A stretch of DNA of 64,000 nucleotides from a virus, in IMG/VR virus record IMGVR_UViG_3300048694_001252, positions 1 to 64,000 of that record. One strand, given 5' to 3'. This document shows, in pieces, positions 9,490 through 18,789 of this stretch (positions are counted from its first letter, which is position 1; the number at the start of each line of letters is the position of its first letter). The position numbers and the translations under genes were made by a program. The notes under the pieces were generated by a model. The model was not told the origin of the DNA. It worked only from the letters and a program-made list of their open reading frames with translations, and ran no database searches.

Positions 9490-10317
9490 ATGCGTATCGG
9501 TGTTTTCGATCAGTGGGGTGCCCAAAACAGCCAGTCAGTATGGCCTGCACTCTATCAGGGCATCGCAAGATTGGGTCACAGCGCAGTCAGCCATGACTGG
9601 GATGCAGACATGGCTGTGATATGGAGTCTGGTCTGGTCAGGACGCATGCGCTCAAATCAACAGGTGTGGCAGCATTATAGACAGCGCAGCCGGCCAGTCT
9701 TGGTCATAGAAGTAGGCACCTTGTGCCGTGGACATACTTGGAAACTGGGCATAAATGGCCTGGGTAGCGGGGCATTTTGGGGTCGTGAACAAGATCCACT
9801 GCGACCCCAGCGCATGGCGGTGCAACTCCGGCCCTGGCGCGAACCCGGCAGTGACGTCGTGATTGTGCTACAGCGCGATGACAGTGAGCAGTGGCAGGGA
9901 CTGCCACCCACAGCTGAGTGGCTTATGCAAGTGATTGCCAATTTGCGTCAATATACCGATAGACCCATACACATCAGGCCACATCCACGTCGAGCCACGC
10001 CCGATATTCCAGGCGTTATAGTAGACCGACCACAACGATCCGCGGGCACCTATGACGATTATGATCTGGATACCAGCCTGAGTCGGGCCTGGGCTGTGAT
10101 CAATGTCAACAGTGGTGCTGGAGTCAATGCGGTCATACGCGGCACGCCACTGTTCGCCCATGCGTCTAGCCTGGCAGCGCCCGTGGCCGGACTAGATTGG
10201 AGTCAAATTGAGCAACCGCGCAGGCCCGATCGCGACCAGTGGTTCCAGTACCTGTGTCATACCGAGTGGACTCTACCGGAAATCGCATCAGGTCAGGCCC
10301 TGACCCGATTGCTCTAG
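9490..10317 (+). CDS. KpsS/KpsC-like glycosyltransferase
   Basis: TDRPIHIRPHP, VINVNSGAGVNAVIRGTPLF, EWT..EI..G. Confidence 0.65.
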   Translation: MRIGVFDQWGAQNSQSVWPALYQGIARLGHSAVSHDWDADMAVIWSLVWSGRMRSNQQVWQHYRQRSRPVLVIEVGTLCRGHTWKLGINGLGSGAFWGREQDPLRPQRMAVQLRPWREPGSDVVIVLQRDDSEQWQGLPPTAEWLMQVIANLRQYTDRPIHIRPHPRRATPDIPGVIVDRPQRSAGTYDDYDLDTSLSRAWAVINVNSGAGVNAVIRGTPLFAHASSLAAPVAGLDWSQIEQPRRPDRDQWFQYLCHTEWTLPEIASGQALTRLL

Positions 10318-11286
10318 CTATTTCAATCGATTGATATCGGCATCCACCATGTCGCGTACTAGGCTACGGAAGTCGCTGCGTGGCTGCCAACCCAAGAGTT
10401 CTCTGGCACGACTGCTATTGCCGCAGAGACTGTGTAATTCCGCAGGACGCTTGAATCGAGGATCAGACGATACGTATTGACTCCAGTGAGGTAATCCCAC
10501 GTAGCTGAACGCTTCTTGCAAGAACTCGCGTATGGTATGCTGTTCGCCTGTGGCCACCACATAGTCTCGAGCTTCCGGCTGCTGTAGCATCAACCACATG
10601 GCCTCCACATAGTCCTGCGCATGCCCCCAGTCGCGTTGCGAATCAAGATTGCCCAGCGTGAGCCGATCGGACAAGCCTAAACGAATACGCGCCACACCGT
10701 CGGTGATTTTGCGTGTGACAAAATCTCGTCCGCGCAAGGGACTTTCGTGATTGAACAGTATACCCGAACAGGCATAGAGTCCATAGCTTTCGCGGAAGTT
10801 CACTGTGATCCAATGCGAATACAGTTTGCTCACACCATAGGGACTGCGCGGGTGGAATGGCGTTGATTCGTCCTGCTGCCCCCCGGTGCTGTTGCCATAC
10901 ATTTCCGATGTAGATGCCTGATAAAAGCGAGTGTCGGCACTGTGCTGCCGTATGGCATTGAGTATGTTGAGCGGACCCATGCAGTTCACTTCCGTCGTGA
11001 GCTTGTTTAGGTCCCAACTCACACCCACAAAACTCTGGGCTGCTAGATTGTAGAACTCTCGTGGACGTATCTGACGCACAAGATGATTCATGCAGCCATC
11101 ATCTGTGATGTCACCCGTGATCAATTCCACATCGTTTTCGATGCCTAGCCAGGCGAGATTTTCTAGATTGGGGTTACTGTAGCGTTTGATCAGACCATAT
11201 ACCCGATAACCACGCTCCAGCAACAGACGAGCTAGATAGGGACCATCCTGTCCGGTCATGCCGGTCACAAATGCAGTGGGTTTCAT
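10318..11286 (-). CDS. gmd: GDP-mannose 4,6-dehydratase
   Basis: TGMTGQDG, YNLAAQSFV, FYQASTSE, SPYGVSK, GILFNHESPLRG, RDWGHAQDYV. Confidence 0.95.
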   Translation of the reverse strand: MKPTAFVTGMTGQDGPYLARLLLERGYRVYGLIKRYSNPNLENLAWLGIENDVELITGDITDDGCMNHLVRQIRPREFYNLAAQSFVGVSWDLNKLTTEVNCMGPLNILNAIRQHSADTRFYQASTSEMYGNSTGGQQDESTPFHPRSPYGVSKLYSHWITVNFRESYGLYACSGILFNHESPLRGRDFVTRKITDGVARIRLGLSDRLTLGNLDSQRDWGHAQDYVEAMWLMLQQPEARDYVVATGEQHTIREFLQEAFSYVGLPHWSQYVSSDPRFKRPAELHSLCGNSSRARELLGWQPRSDFRSLVRDMVDADINRLK

Positions 11287-11334
11287 ACCATCTCCTTTGG
11301 AGTATGTATGAAAGAATCAGTTGCGTGACTAGAT

Positions 11335-11787
11335 TTAGACCCGAATATCTTCCATGCCGGCCGTGCGCAACCTAACGATATGACCCAGTTGCCACTGTTT
11401 GGTATCCAGACCTTTCATGATACCCAGCCAGCGATTGCGCAACAGAGCTACTTCGTTGATGATAGTTTCGTGATCCACCACTTCGTCCTCACCGTCCACG
11501 TACTTTTCAGCGTCACGGCTGGTTAGCGCTCGAGCATAGCCTTCCAGATACTTCTTGAAGTGCTGACGGCGTATCCGCCTCAGCTGGATGTTCAGGTAGT
11601 TGAGCACCGCTTCAATCTCTTGCAGCTGATTGAAACGATGCTCGGTCACACCCGGAAGCTCTTTGATGTTGGTTTCCACGTGACCTGAGATACGGCATTC
11701 CTGTCTTGCACCTTCTAGCTCATTTTCGTAATGGGCTATAAAGTCAGGGATGGCACCCAGGCTCGCGACAATACGGCTATACCACAT
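11335..11787 (-). CDS. uvsY: UvsY-like recombination mediator
   Basis: 150 aa helical protein, SRDAEKYVDGE...LRTAGMED; sits downstream of uvsX. Confidence 0.75.
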   Translation of the reverse strand: MWYSRIVASLGAIPDFIAHYENELEGARQECRISGHVETNIKELPGVTEHRFNQLQEIEAVLNYLNIQLRRIRRQHFKKYLEGYARALTSRDAEKYVDGEDEVVDHETIINEVALLRNRWLGIMKGLDTKQWQLGHIVRLRTAGMEDIRV

Positions 11788-12035
11788 CAGTGATCCTGAT
11801 CCTCGTCATCAAAATCCTCATCTTCGACGTAGTCATCATCCTCGGCGTCGTCAAGGTGTGCTGCTAGAGCCTCTTTCATGTCGGGATCACTACCAAATGC
11901 CGCACGTATGTCAGCGGCATCAAGATCATGATCGATCATGACACTGAGCACCGTGTCAGCTGCTTCGGCACGATCGTGCGGATTCACATAGCGTTTGATC
12001 TCGCTCCAGATGTCGGCTACCAATTGTTCACTCAT
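11787..12035 (-). CDS. Small, very acidic hypothetical protein
   Basis: 82 aa, D/E-rich tail; coupled to both uvsX and uvsY. Confidence 0.75.
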   Translation of the reverse strand: MSEQLVADIWSEIKRYVNPHDRAEAADTVLSVMIDHDLDAADIRAAFGSDPDMKEALAAHLDDAEDDDYVEDEDFDDEDQDH

Positions 12036-13093
12036 TCTGCTTCCTCCTCTGTGACATCGGTACTTACCTCAGTACGGAGATTTGCAAAATCTGCCATGAG
12101 TCGATCCAGACAACCTTCTTCGTTGCTTTCCCAGGCCTTGCGGAACAGTTTGGTAACTTCCCCGGTGCTACTCACAAACATCAGCCTATTGCCGTCTTTC
12201 TTGAGGATGTTTTTCTTCTCGGCCAGATCCACCAGTCCCGAGTAAGGGTTCATCCCAGTTTCGTACGGTATCTTGACCTGCACACCTTCAAAGGGTTTGG
12301 CATAGCGTGTTTTCATGACCTTGCAGGCAGCGCGGATACCCATGACATCCGAGATCTTGTTGCCATCCTCATCTTCCTTGAGCTTGAGCTTCTTCATGGC
12401 CACCACGATCGAGCTGGCATAGATAAAGCCTTGTCCGCCCGAGATCTTGTCATCGGGATCAAACATGTCTTGGCTGGCATAGGTATGGTTGGTACACACC
12501 AGGCCCACATTGTAGTTGCCAAACATGTTGACACAGTTACGAACCAGGGCCGTGAGCGCCTTGGGTTTGCGCCCAAGATCACCTTTCATGTCACCGGCTT
12601 CAAACTGGTTGATGTCCGTGGGTGTGAGCAGCATGCCCAGGCTGTCAATCACGAACAACACCTTGGGACGCTCGCCATCGGGCAGGGCCTTGTAGTCGGT
12701 CATGAATGTGCTGATGGTCTTGGCCACGTCGTCAATCATGCTCATACTAAGTTTGAGCAGTTTGCTTTCGCTGGTATCTACACCCAAGGCCGTGAGCCAG
12801 GCTTCGTCTAGTGCGTTCTCGCTGTCCACCAGCACAACAAAGATTCCCTGCTCTTGGGCGTTCTTGATAATGTTACCGGAACAGATGTAGCTCTTGCCCG
12901 CGCCTGATTCACCCGCAAACACCGCGACCTTGCCCAGCGGAATACCGCGAGTAAAGTCACCGGATATCAAGTAGTTGAGGGCGTAGTTGCCGGTCGAGAT
13001 CCAGTCTGTGGGATCATTGAAACCGATGGTGAGTCCATCGATTGATTTGGTTATTTCCTTGCGGAAACGTGAAACGTCAAAGGGTTTTCCCAT
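12032..13093 (-). CDS. uvsX: UvsX/RecA-like recombinase
   Basis: Walker A GESGAGKS, DSENALD, VIDSLGML, SGGQGFIYASS. Confidence 0.95.
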   Translation of the reverse strand: MGKPFDVSRFRKEITKSIDGLTIGFNDPTDWISTGNYALNYLISGDFTRGIPLGKVAVFAGESGAGKSYICSGNIIKNAQEQGIFVVLVDSENALDEAWLTALGVDTSESKLLKLSMSMIDDVAKTISTFMTDYKALPDGERPKVLFVIDSLGMLLTPTDINQFEAGDMKGDLGRKPKALTALVRNCVNMFGNYNVGLVCTNHTYASQDMFDPDDKISGGQGFIYASSIVVAMKKLKLKEDEDGNKISDVMGIRAACKVMKTRYAKPFEGVQVKIPYETGMNPYSGLVDLAEKKNILKKDGNRLMFVSSTGEVTKLFRKAWESNEEGCLDRLMADFANLRTEVSTDVTEEEAE

Positions 13094-13103
13094 AATTCAC
13101 CTG

Positions 13104-13139
13104 AAAAAGAAAGAACTGCGGGGTGGTTAGCCCCGCAGT
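13104..13139 (-). terminator. Rho-independent terminator after gp32
   Basis: ACTGCGGGG-7 nt-CCCCGCAGT followed by TCTTTCTTTTT on - strand. Confidence 0.8.
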
Positions 13140-13150
13140 ATGCGTCAATG

Positions 13151-14167
13151 TTACTGCGTCTTTTGACGAGCCCGGATCATGGCCAGGATGTCCTGGGCGC
13201 TCTGACCACCGCCACCTGCTGCGGCTGCTGCGGGTTTCTTCACAGGCTCGGCTGCGGCCGGAGCCTCATCGGCATCAAAGGGCGGGTCATCTGCTGCGGG
13301 TGCTGCCGATGATGCCGGTGCTGCCTGAGCTGCCCGAGCTGCAGGTGCGCTCTCGCTGGCTGCAGGTGCCGAACTGCCCGGTGCTGCCACTCCCGCGGGG
13401 CGGAAATACTGACCCCAGCGTTCGGCATCATAGGGCTGTCCATCGACCGAAGCCTCGAACATCTCTTTGATGACCCGGAGTTCGACTTCACCGGGGCGCT
13501 TGGGCAGGAACGTGCTGAGATCATAGAGACCATATTTTTCAATGGCCGCTTGTTCCTCGGCTGTGAGAGCCGATTCCTTGCGACTCCATTTGCTGGTGTT
13601 GTAGTCAGCAAAGCCGCCTTTCATGGTCTTGGTGATAGTGAAATCCAAGCCACGCATGACGTCGGTGGGCAGTTCTTCCAGCTCGGGATCCATCAGGGCC
13701 GATTTGATGATTTGGAAGATCTGGGGGCCGATGATAAAGCGTCGGATGGGATTTTCCGGGCACTTGTCATCGCTCAAGGGGTTTTTGCGGACGAAGCCTT
13801 GGAAAAGATAGCTGCGCTTTTTCCAATACTTACGACCCATGTCTTCAAGGCTCTTGTCCTTGAACCAGTTGCGTACTTCTGCCAAGATCGGGCAAGCATC
13901 GCCCCACATTTCCACACAGGGCACTTGGACCATGACCTGTTTGGTTTCTGCTTCGCCTTTGACGCCGGCAAAGGGCAAGCGGATCATGGCCCGTTCGACC
14001 CAGAAAAATGTGTTTTTGCTGTTGCCGTCAGCTAGGAAACGGAATGATGCGGATTGACCTTCTTCCATGTTCCAGTGGGGATAAATGGAATTGTCGCCGC
14101 CTTGTGAATTACCACCTTTTGTTTCTGCTGCCTGTAGACGCTGCCTAATTTCTGCTAAAGATGCCAT
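13151..14167 (-). CDS. gp32: Single-stranded DNA-binding protein, T4 gp32-like
   Basis: RFL, C..CPI, YWKKRSYLFQG, G.DF...KT..GG.ADY..S.W; Ala/Pro/Asp-rich linker near C-terminus; next to uvsX. Confidence 0.88.
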   Translation of the reverse strand: MASLAEIRQRLQAAETKGGNSQGGDNSIYPHWNMEEGQSASFRFLADGNSKNTFFWVERAMIRLPFAGVKGEAETKQVMVQVPCVEMWGDACPILAEVRNWFKDKSLEDMGRKYWKKRSYLFQGFVRKNPLSDDKCPENPIRRFIIGPQIFQIIKSALMDPELEELPTDVMRGLDFTITKTMKGGFADYNTSKWSRKESALTAEEQAAIEKYGLYDLSTFLPKRPGEVELRVIKEMFEASVDGQPYDAERWGQYFRPAGVAAPGSSAPAASESAPAARAAQAAPASSAAPAADDPPFDADEAPAAAEPVKKPAAAAAGGGGQSAQDILAMIRARQKTQ

Positions 14168-14239
14168 AGTAGTTTTCTCCTAAAAAAGTTGCCTATGTTT
14201 GTTGCCTATCTAAATTTAGATCGTTGCCTGTGACACAAA

Positions 14240-14275
14240 CAAAAAGGCGCATCACTGAAACAGTATATGCGCCTT
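14240..14275 (-). terminator. Hairpin plus U-tract after the 14302..16467 gene
   Basis: AAGGCGCAT...ATGCGCCTT followed by TTTGTTTG on - strand. Confidence 0.65.
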
Positions 14276-14290
14276 GAATGTCAGTGTCAA
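14262..14290 (-). promoter_or_regulatory. Sigma70-type promoter for gp32-uvsX
   Basis: TTGACA-17 nt-TATACT. Confidence 0.8.
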
Positions 14291-14301
14291 TGTTATTTAG
14301 T

Positions 14302-16467
14302 CTACTTTGACAAAGCTAGTGCTTTTATTCTCGCCAGATCTTCATAAAAACTATCGGTTACTGCTCCGCGGTGGTCCATGGAATCAGTTGAGTCTTCGTT
14401 TGGACCCGAAAACGTGGCCAGATTATCGCCTTCGGCCATATCTTCATCGTCATCCCAACCTTTGGCTTTGCTAGGAAAATAACGATGTACCGCTCTATCA
14501 TGACTTGGTACCAGCTTCAAGCGACTGGGAGAAATATACCAACCACGTCCATCTTTGTCTTCGATTCGAACACGACGATCATATGGATCACCAATCATTC
14601 TGAATACTTCACCGCCGTCACCATCCATTTCGTCACGTACAAAACAACCATCGTAAAGTTCAGTATCGTCGTATTCGCCTTCCGCCACACCTTGCTTCGT
14701 ACGTTTCTTAGCTTGCTGAGACCGATTATAATCATCCAGCGAAACAATTTTAAAGTTAAAAGCGTCGAGCGAATGTCTACCACCACTCATGCGAGTTAGG
14801 TACGATTTTGCGGCTGCTATTGAAGGGAACGCGCCGCCGTGCATTGGATAGTTCTGGGAACGTAATCCAGTTTTAGGGTTTACCAAAACATATCCACTGG
14901 TATCTAAATATCTTCTACTGTTTTCCTCCATATCTTTTTCTTTGGGTTTAGGTACAGGATTACCAGCTAAATCTTTGTCACCGATGTAAACTCCCCGTTC
15001 ATCATGGCTTAGCGGATTCTTTTCAAACGGTTTGCCTTTACGTGCTGCTTGGGCTGCTTCCACATCCTGCATGGCATCTTGCCAATAGCCTTCCGCCATG
15101 GGCTGCTGTGGTTGCGCAGCCGGCTGTGCCACCGGTGCAGCAGCCGGTTCAGGCGAGGGTTCTGCGGCAGGCGCGGGTTCAGGCGCGGGTTCTTGGGCTT
15201 GGGCATCAAGATCGACATCAACTCCGTTTTCTTCCAACCAGGCCTCGATCACGGGCGCGGCATCAGCATCGGCACCGTTGGAACGGCTGAGATTCTGTAG
15301 CCGGTCACGCAGATCATCCAGCATCTGATGATCCTCAGGATCATCGCGATCATAACCTATGATATCTTCCAGCTGAGGTATCACGTTCATGCCATCTTCA
15401 CCCACTGCTAGAGGTTTTTTGGCCAGCAGTTCCTGGATTTGATCCACTGCTTCATGATCATGGGCTAGGTCACTGAGACCTTCTGCCACTGTGTTGACCC
15501 AGTTTTCAAATATATCAGCTTCTTTCATGGCAGTTCCTTGAATACGTGCCAGCAAAGGCAATGCTGCCTCTACTCGCGTATCGATATGCTGCTCCACAAA
15601 CATGTCTCTGAGATTTTCTACCAGAGTATCAGCCGCAGTGATCTCAGCTGGCTGCCAGGATTCGAAATATCGACCATAACCACGACTGTGACCTAACTGC
15701 TGGAGATTGGAACGTAGCTGTTGATAGTACTCGCGGGCCTGTTCTACCAACTGTTGCCGCTGCCCTTCCAGTACCTGACCCTGGTGTGCACGATGGAATC
15801 GAGCCAGCACCTTCATTTCCTGGATTATTTCGGCTATGTGCTGACCGCGTATGTCATAGGGACGACCACCCTGGCGCACATGTTCCAGCATGGCGCGACC
15901 GCCTGCGAGATTGGTAAAAGGCAAAAGGAAGCGCTCACCATCCTGGGTTTCCACAAACAGTTTTTCCACATAGCGATAGCGAGCATCAGTTTCGCCTAGA
16001 GTGCGATTGTGTCGTATCATGAGTCGGGCCTGGGTGGGCTGTCCCATGTAGCTGACCTGGCGCGTACCATAATAACTTTCAAATAGGCTTTCCGAAATAG
16101 CCGACATGCTGGCCATGTAGTGCTTGAGATTACTGATATTTTGTGGGCTGAATGTGTTGAAGCCGTTGTGCGTGGCAAATTGTCCCAGTTGATGCAGGAA
16201 ATCATACCATTCGTCTTTGTCCCGGGGGGATTCCATGCTGCGTCCCATGCTGTCCCCAAAAAACAACAGTAATTCTTTGTCATCACTCAGGATCAACACA
16301 GCATTGCCATAATCGCGGCCACCGCTGCTGCGATAATCAAACCGTATGATATGCGCTTTTGATGGTGTGACATCTTGCCCGGTCCGGGGGTCTTTGGTAA
16401 CGGGATCAAATCCCCGAGTGACCAAAAGGTCATAAAGTCTTTGGGCTACTGTTTGTGTTTGTGCCAT
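14302..16467 (-). CDS. Probable virion head protein; N-terminal core plus C-terminal modules delimited by AEG/MEE motifs
   Basis: 721 aa; TAAATA 7 nt upstream; TVAEG, PMAEG, DMEE, QGVAEG, DMAEG sites; AT-rich C-terminal part. Confidence 0.7.
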   Translation of the reverse strand: MAQTQTVAQRLYDLLVTRGFDPVTKDPRTGQDVTPSKAHIIRFDYRSSGGRDYGNAVLILSDDKELLLFFGDSMGRSMESPRDKDEWYDFLHQLGQFATHNGFNTFSPQNISNLKHYMASMSAISESLFESYYGTRQVSYMGQPTQARLMIRHNRTLGETDARYRYVEKLFVETQDGERFLLPFTNLAGGRAMLEHVRQGGRPYDIRGQHIAEIIQEMKVLARFHRAHQGQVLEGQRQQLVEQAREYYQQLRSNLQQLGHSRGYGRYFESWQPAEITAADTLVENLRDMFVEQHIDTRVEAALPLLARIQGTAMKEADIFENWVNTVAEGLSDLAHDHEAVDQIQELLAKKPLAVGEDGMNVIPQLEDIIGYDRDDPEDHQMLDDLRDRLQNLSRSNGADADAAPVIEAWLEENGVDVDLDAQAQEPAPEPAPAAEPSPEPAAAPVAQPAAQPQQPMAEGYWQDAMQDVEAAQAARKGKPFEKNPLSHDERGVYIGDKDLAGNPVPKPKEKDMEENSRRYLDTSGYVLVNPKTGLRSQNYPMHGGAFPSIAAAKSYLTRMSGGRHSLDAFNFKIVSLDDYNRSQQAKKRTKQGVAEGEYDDTELYDGCFVRDEMDGDGGEVFRMIGDPYDRRVRIEDKDGRGWYISPSRLKLVPSHDRAVHRYFPSKAKGWDDDEDMAEGDNLATFSGPNEDSTDSMDHRGAVTDSFYEDLARIKALALSK
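14678..14694 (-). repeat. 17-bp QGVAEG repeat, copy 1 (CAAGGTGTGGCGGAAGG)
   Basis: Exact match to the copy at 24566-24582. Confidence 0.9.
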
Positions 16468-16477
16468 AGTAAGCTAT

Positions 16478-18049
16478 TTAGCGTAAAACTGCAAAGAAGG
16501 GCATGGGTTCAATTATGGAATCAGTATGATCCTTGATCTGTTGATCCAACTCAGCATGGTAGGTCTGTAACAGCATCAACATTCGTACGATCAGGATGGT
16601 AGACATGACCAAATCATCGGTTTCACCCGGCTTGGCTGCATAGCTCACACCGTGCGCCACAAAGGTCTTGAGCTCGCTTATGAGTGGTTTGCTGTGTATG
16701 ATCATGCGACGACTTTCCAGCAGCACCTTGAACTTGTTACAGGCCGTGATCTTGCTCTTGGGCGTGGTGTTGAATCCTTTGCGCCATCGACGTTGTCCTA
16801 TCACGGAATTGTCCGATAAGAAATAGCCCTGGATGTTTTCCTCACCGTATTCCGATATCGAGATCAGGGCCGCTTCGCCTATGGTGTTGTTTTCCACGGA
16901 GTAATAGATGCTCTGCGGATCCTTGACCACGCTGTTGATTTCACGCACGATGTCGGCCAAGATACGTACTTGTTCGGGGATGGTAGTACGATTATGTTGC
17001 CACTCGGCCACTTGTTCGGTGGTGCCGGCTTCAAATACCTGGATGGCCGCGGGATCTCCACCGGTGCCCAGGCTGGGATCCAAGGACACCACATAGATGC
17101 TGTTGGGGCGTATGTCACGATACCAACGAACCTGCCCGGTTTTGCGCAGGGGTTCGCGACCTTCTAGATCGATCAAGGTAGTGGGTGCTATCAAGGTCTC
17201 ATCGTTGATGATGAATTCGCACTGCATTTCGCGACGGAATCGATCGTCGCCCAGCTGGGCACGTTGTTCATCGGCCCAGGCCTGATCACGATCGGGATGC
17301 TCATGCCAATAACTCCGGAAAGCCCGGAAACCATTGATACCCAGTTCCGTGGTATTGCCAAACTCATCTAGGCATTTGTTGGCACCTTTCCACAGGAACG
17401 CAAACTGATCTTCATCCGAATTGGGTGTGCTGGTAATGATACATTTACCGCCTGTGGATAGCGTGGGCGCTATGGAAGTCCAGAATTCTCGACCTATGGT
17501 GGGACGCACGAATGCGAACTCGTCAGCATACAGTAAAGAAATACTCATACCCCGACCTGTGGTCTCTGTGGTTGTTTGGCTTACTATGCGGCTACCGTTT
17601 TCAAATTCCAGGCTGCCCTTGTTGTAGCTGGTACAACCGGCTCGTATATGGTTTGGGCACAGCTCATAGGCATAGCGTATGCGCTGCATGATTTCCTGAG
17701 CACCGGTATACTTGTGAGCCGCTATCAAGATCGTGCTGTCCGGAACGAACATGGCGTACCAGAGCAGATATCCCGCGGCCGAAGTTGACTTGCCGGTCTG
17801 GCGCGGCATGAGGCTGATGCTGTTGCGATAGTTGTGATATGTGTCGATCAGACGCTTCTGATAATCAAACGGATGATATACCATCTTGCCCCGGGTAGGA
17901 TGCTGGATGTAGAAGAAGTTGTCCAGGAAATACTGTGGACCGGTCACCGGATCGGCGCAGAGAGCAAATTCTTGAATCTCTTGTTCGGTATATCTTTCGC
18001 GGCGATGCGGACTTTTTACCAGTACTGTTTCAAGTTGGTTGCGTTGCAT
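16478..18049 (-). CDS. gp17: Terminase large subunit (T4 gp17-like)
   Basis: PRQTGKS Walker A, LLYADEFAFV Walker B, ITSTPN, RNase H-like DPSLGTGGD and DDLVM. Confidence 0.95.
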   Translation of the reverse strand: MQRNQLETVLVKSPHRRERYTEQEIQEFALCADPVTGPQYFLDNFFYIQHPTRGKMVYHPFDYQKRLIDTYHNYRNSISLMPRQTGKSTSAAGYLLWYAMFVPDSTILIAAHKYTGAQEIMQRIRYAYELCPNHIRAGCTSYNKGSLEFENGSRIVSQTTTETTGRGMSISLLYADEFAFVRPTIGREFWTSIAPTLSTGGKCIITSTPNSDEDQFAFLWKGANKCLDEFGNTTELGINGFRAFRSYWHEHPDRDQAWADEQRAQLGDDRFRREMQCEFIINDETLIAPTTLIDLEGREPLRKTGQVRWYRDIRPNSIYVVSLDPSLGTGGDPAAIQVFEAGTTEQVAEWQHNRTTIPEQVRILADIVREINSVVKDPQSIYYSVENNTIGEAALISISEYGEENIQGYFLSDNSVIGQRRWRKGFNTTPKSKITACNKFKVLLESRRMIIHSKPLISELKTFVAHGVSYAAKPGETDDLVMSTILIVRMLMLLQTYHAELDQQIKDHTDSIIEPMPFFAVLR

Positions 18050-18066
18050 CTAGTATTTACTAGCAG

Positions 18067-18771
18067 CTATCTAAACGCGAAACGAAATCCCGTGGCCTGT
18101 TCCACCGCTTCCACCGTGACCTGATAGCGTGGCAGATCGGCCACGGGCAATGCGGTGTTGGGCAGCAGATAGGCCACGGTCTGGCCATTGGCTCGGTTGT
18201 GCAGGATCTTGTACAAGCGTGTGGGTATGCCCAGACCGTTGCCAGTTACCGGATGTCCAGCATCAAAGATGCCGCCCGAAATTACATACCAATCCCCGCC
18301 CTTCTCGGCCCAATCCCGCTCCCAGGTCTCCAGCTGTTTCCAGATTCCGCGGTTGTTGTTGGCCACCTGTGCCACCATGTTTGACAGGAAGAAACTCTCA
18401 CTCATGATCTGGTCGTTCTGGGTATTGTTGCCCGCGGGAGCCATGTGACCTCGGTCGTGTGTTTTGCCCACTGTGGCATAGTCGGCCAAGGTGGCCTGGC
18501 AGTTGGCTGTAACGGCCGGATCGGCACGGAAGTTGTCTTTACGCTTGGCCGGACCGGTCATTGCGGCCACTGTTAGATGTTCAAACACTGCCACAGGTGC
18601 TTTCACACTGCAACGATGGATCACGGCATAATTGGTTTTACACAGTTCTTGATCTCCCGGCTGTGCTTGATAAGCCGGTGTGCCATGGCTGGTAAATTGC
18701 GGGCATTGGCTGTTGATCTGTGCCCATGAGCTAAGAGGCACACACAATAAAAAGAATAGTATTTTTTTCAT
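18067..18771 (-). CDS. DNA/RNA non-specific endonuclease (NucA/Serratia type) with signal peptide
   Basis: DRGHMAP, ESFFLSNM..Q....NRGIWKQLE, IPTRLYK; N-terminus MKKILFFLLCVPLSSWA. Confidence 0.88.
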   Translation of the reverse strand: MKKILFFLLCVPLSSWAQINSQCPQFTSHGTPAYQAQPGDQELCKTNYAVIHRCSVKAPVAVFEHLTVAAMTGPAKRKDNFRADPAVTANCQATLADYATVGKTHDRGHMAPAGNNTQNDQIMSESFFLSNMVAQVANNNRGIWKQLETWERDWAEKGGDWYVISGGIFDAGHPVTGNGLGIPTRLYKILHNRANGQTVAYLLPNTALPVADLPRYQVTVEAVEQATGFRFAFR

Positions 18772-18789
18772 AGTTCGATCTTTCATAGT

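Noticed and set aside
12032-18049. Introns or inteins in uvsX or terminase
   Set aside because: Both ORFs are uninterrupted and of normal length.
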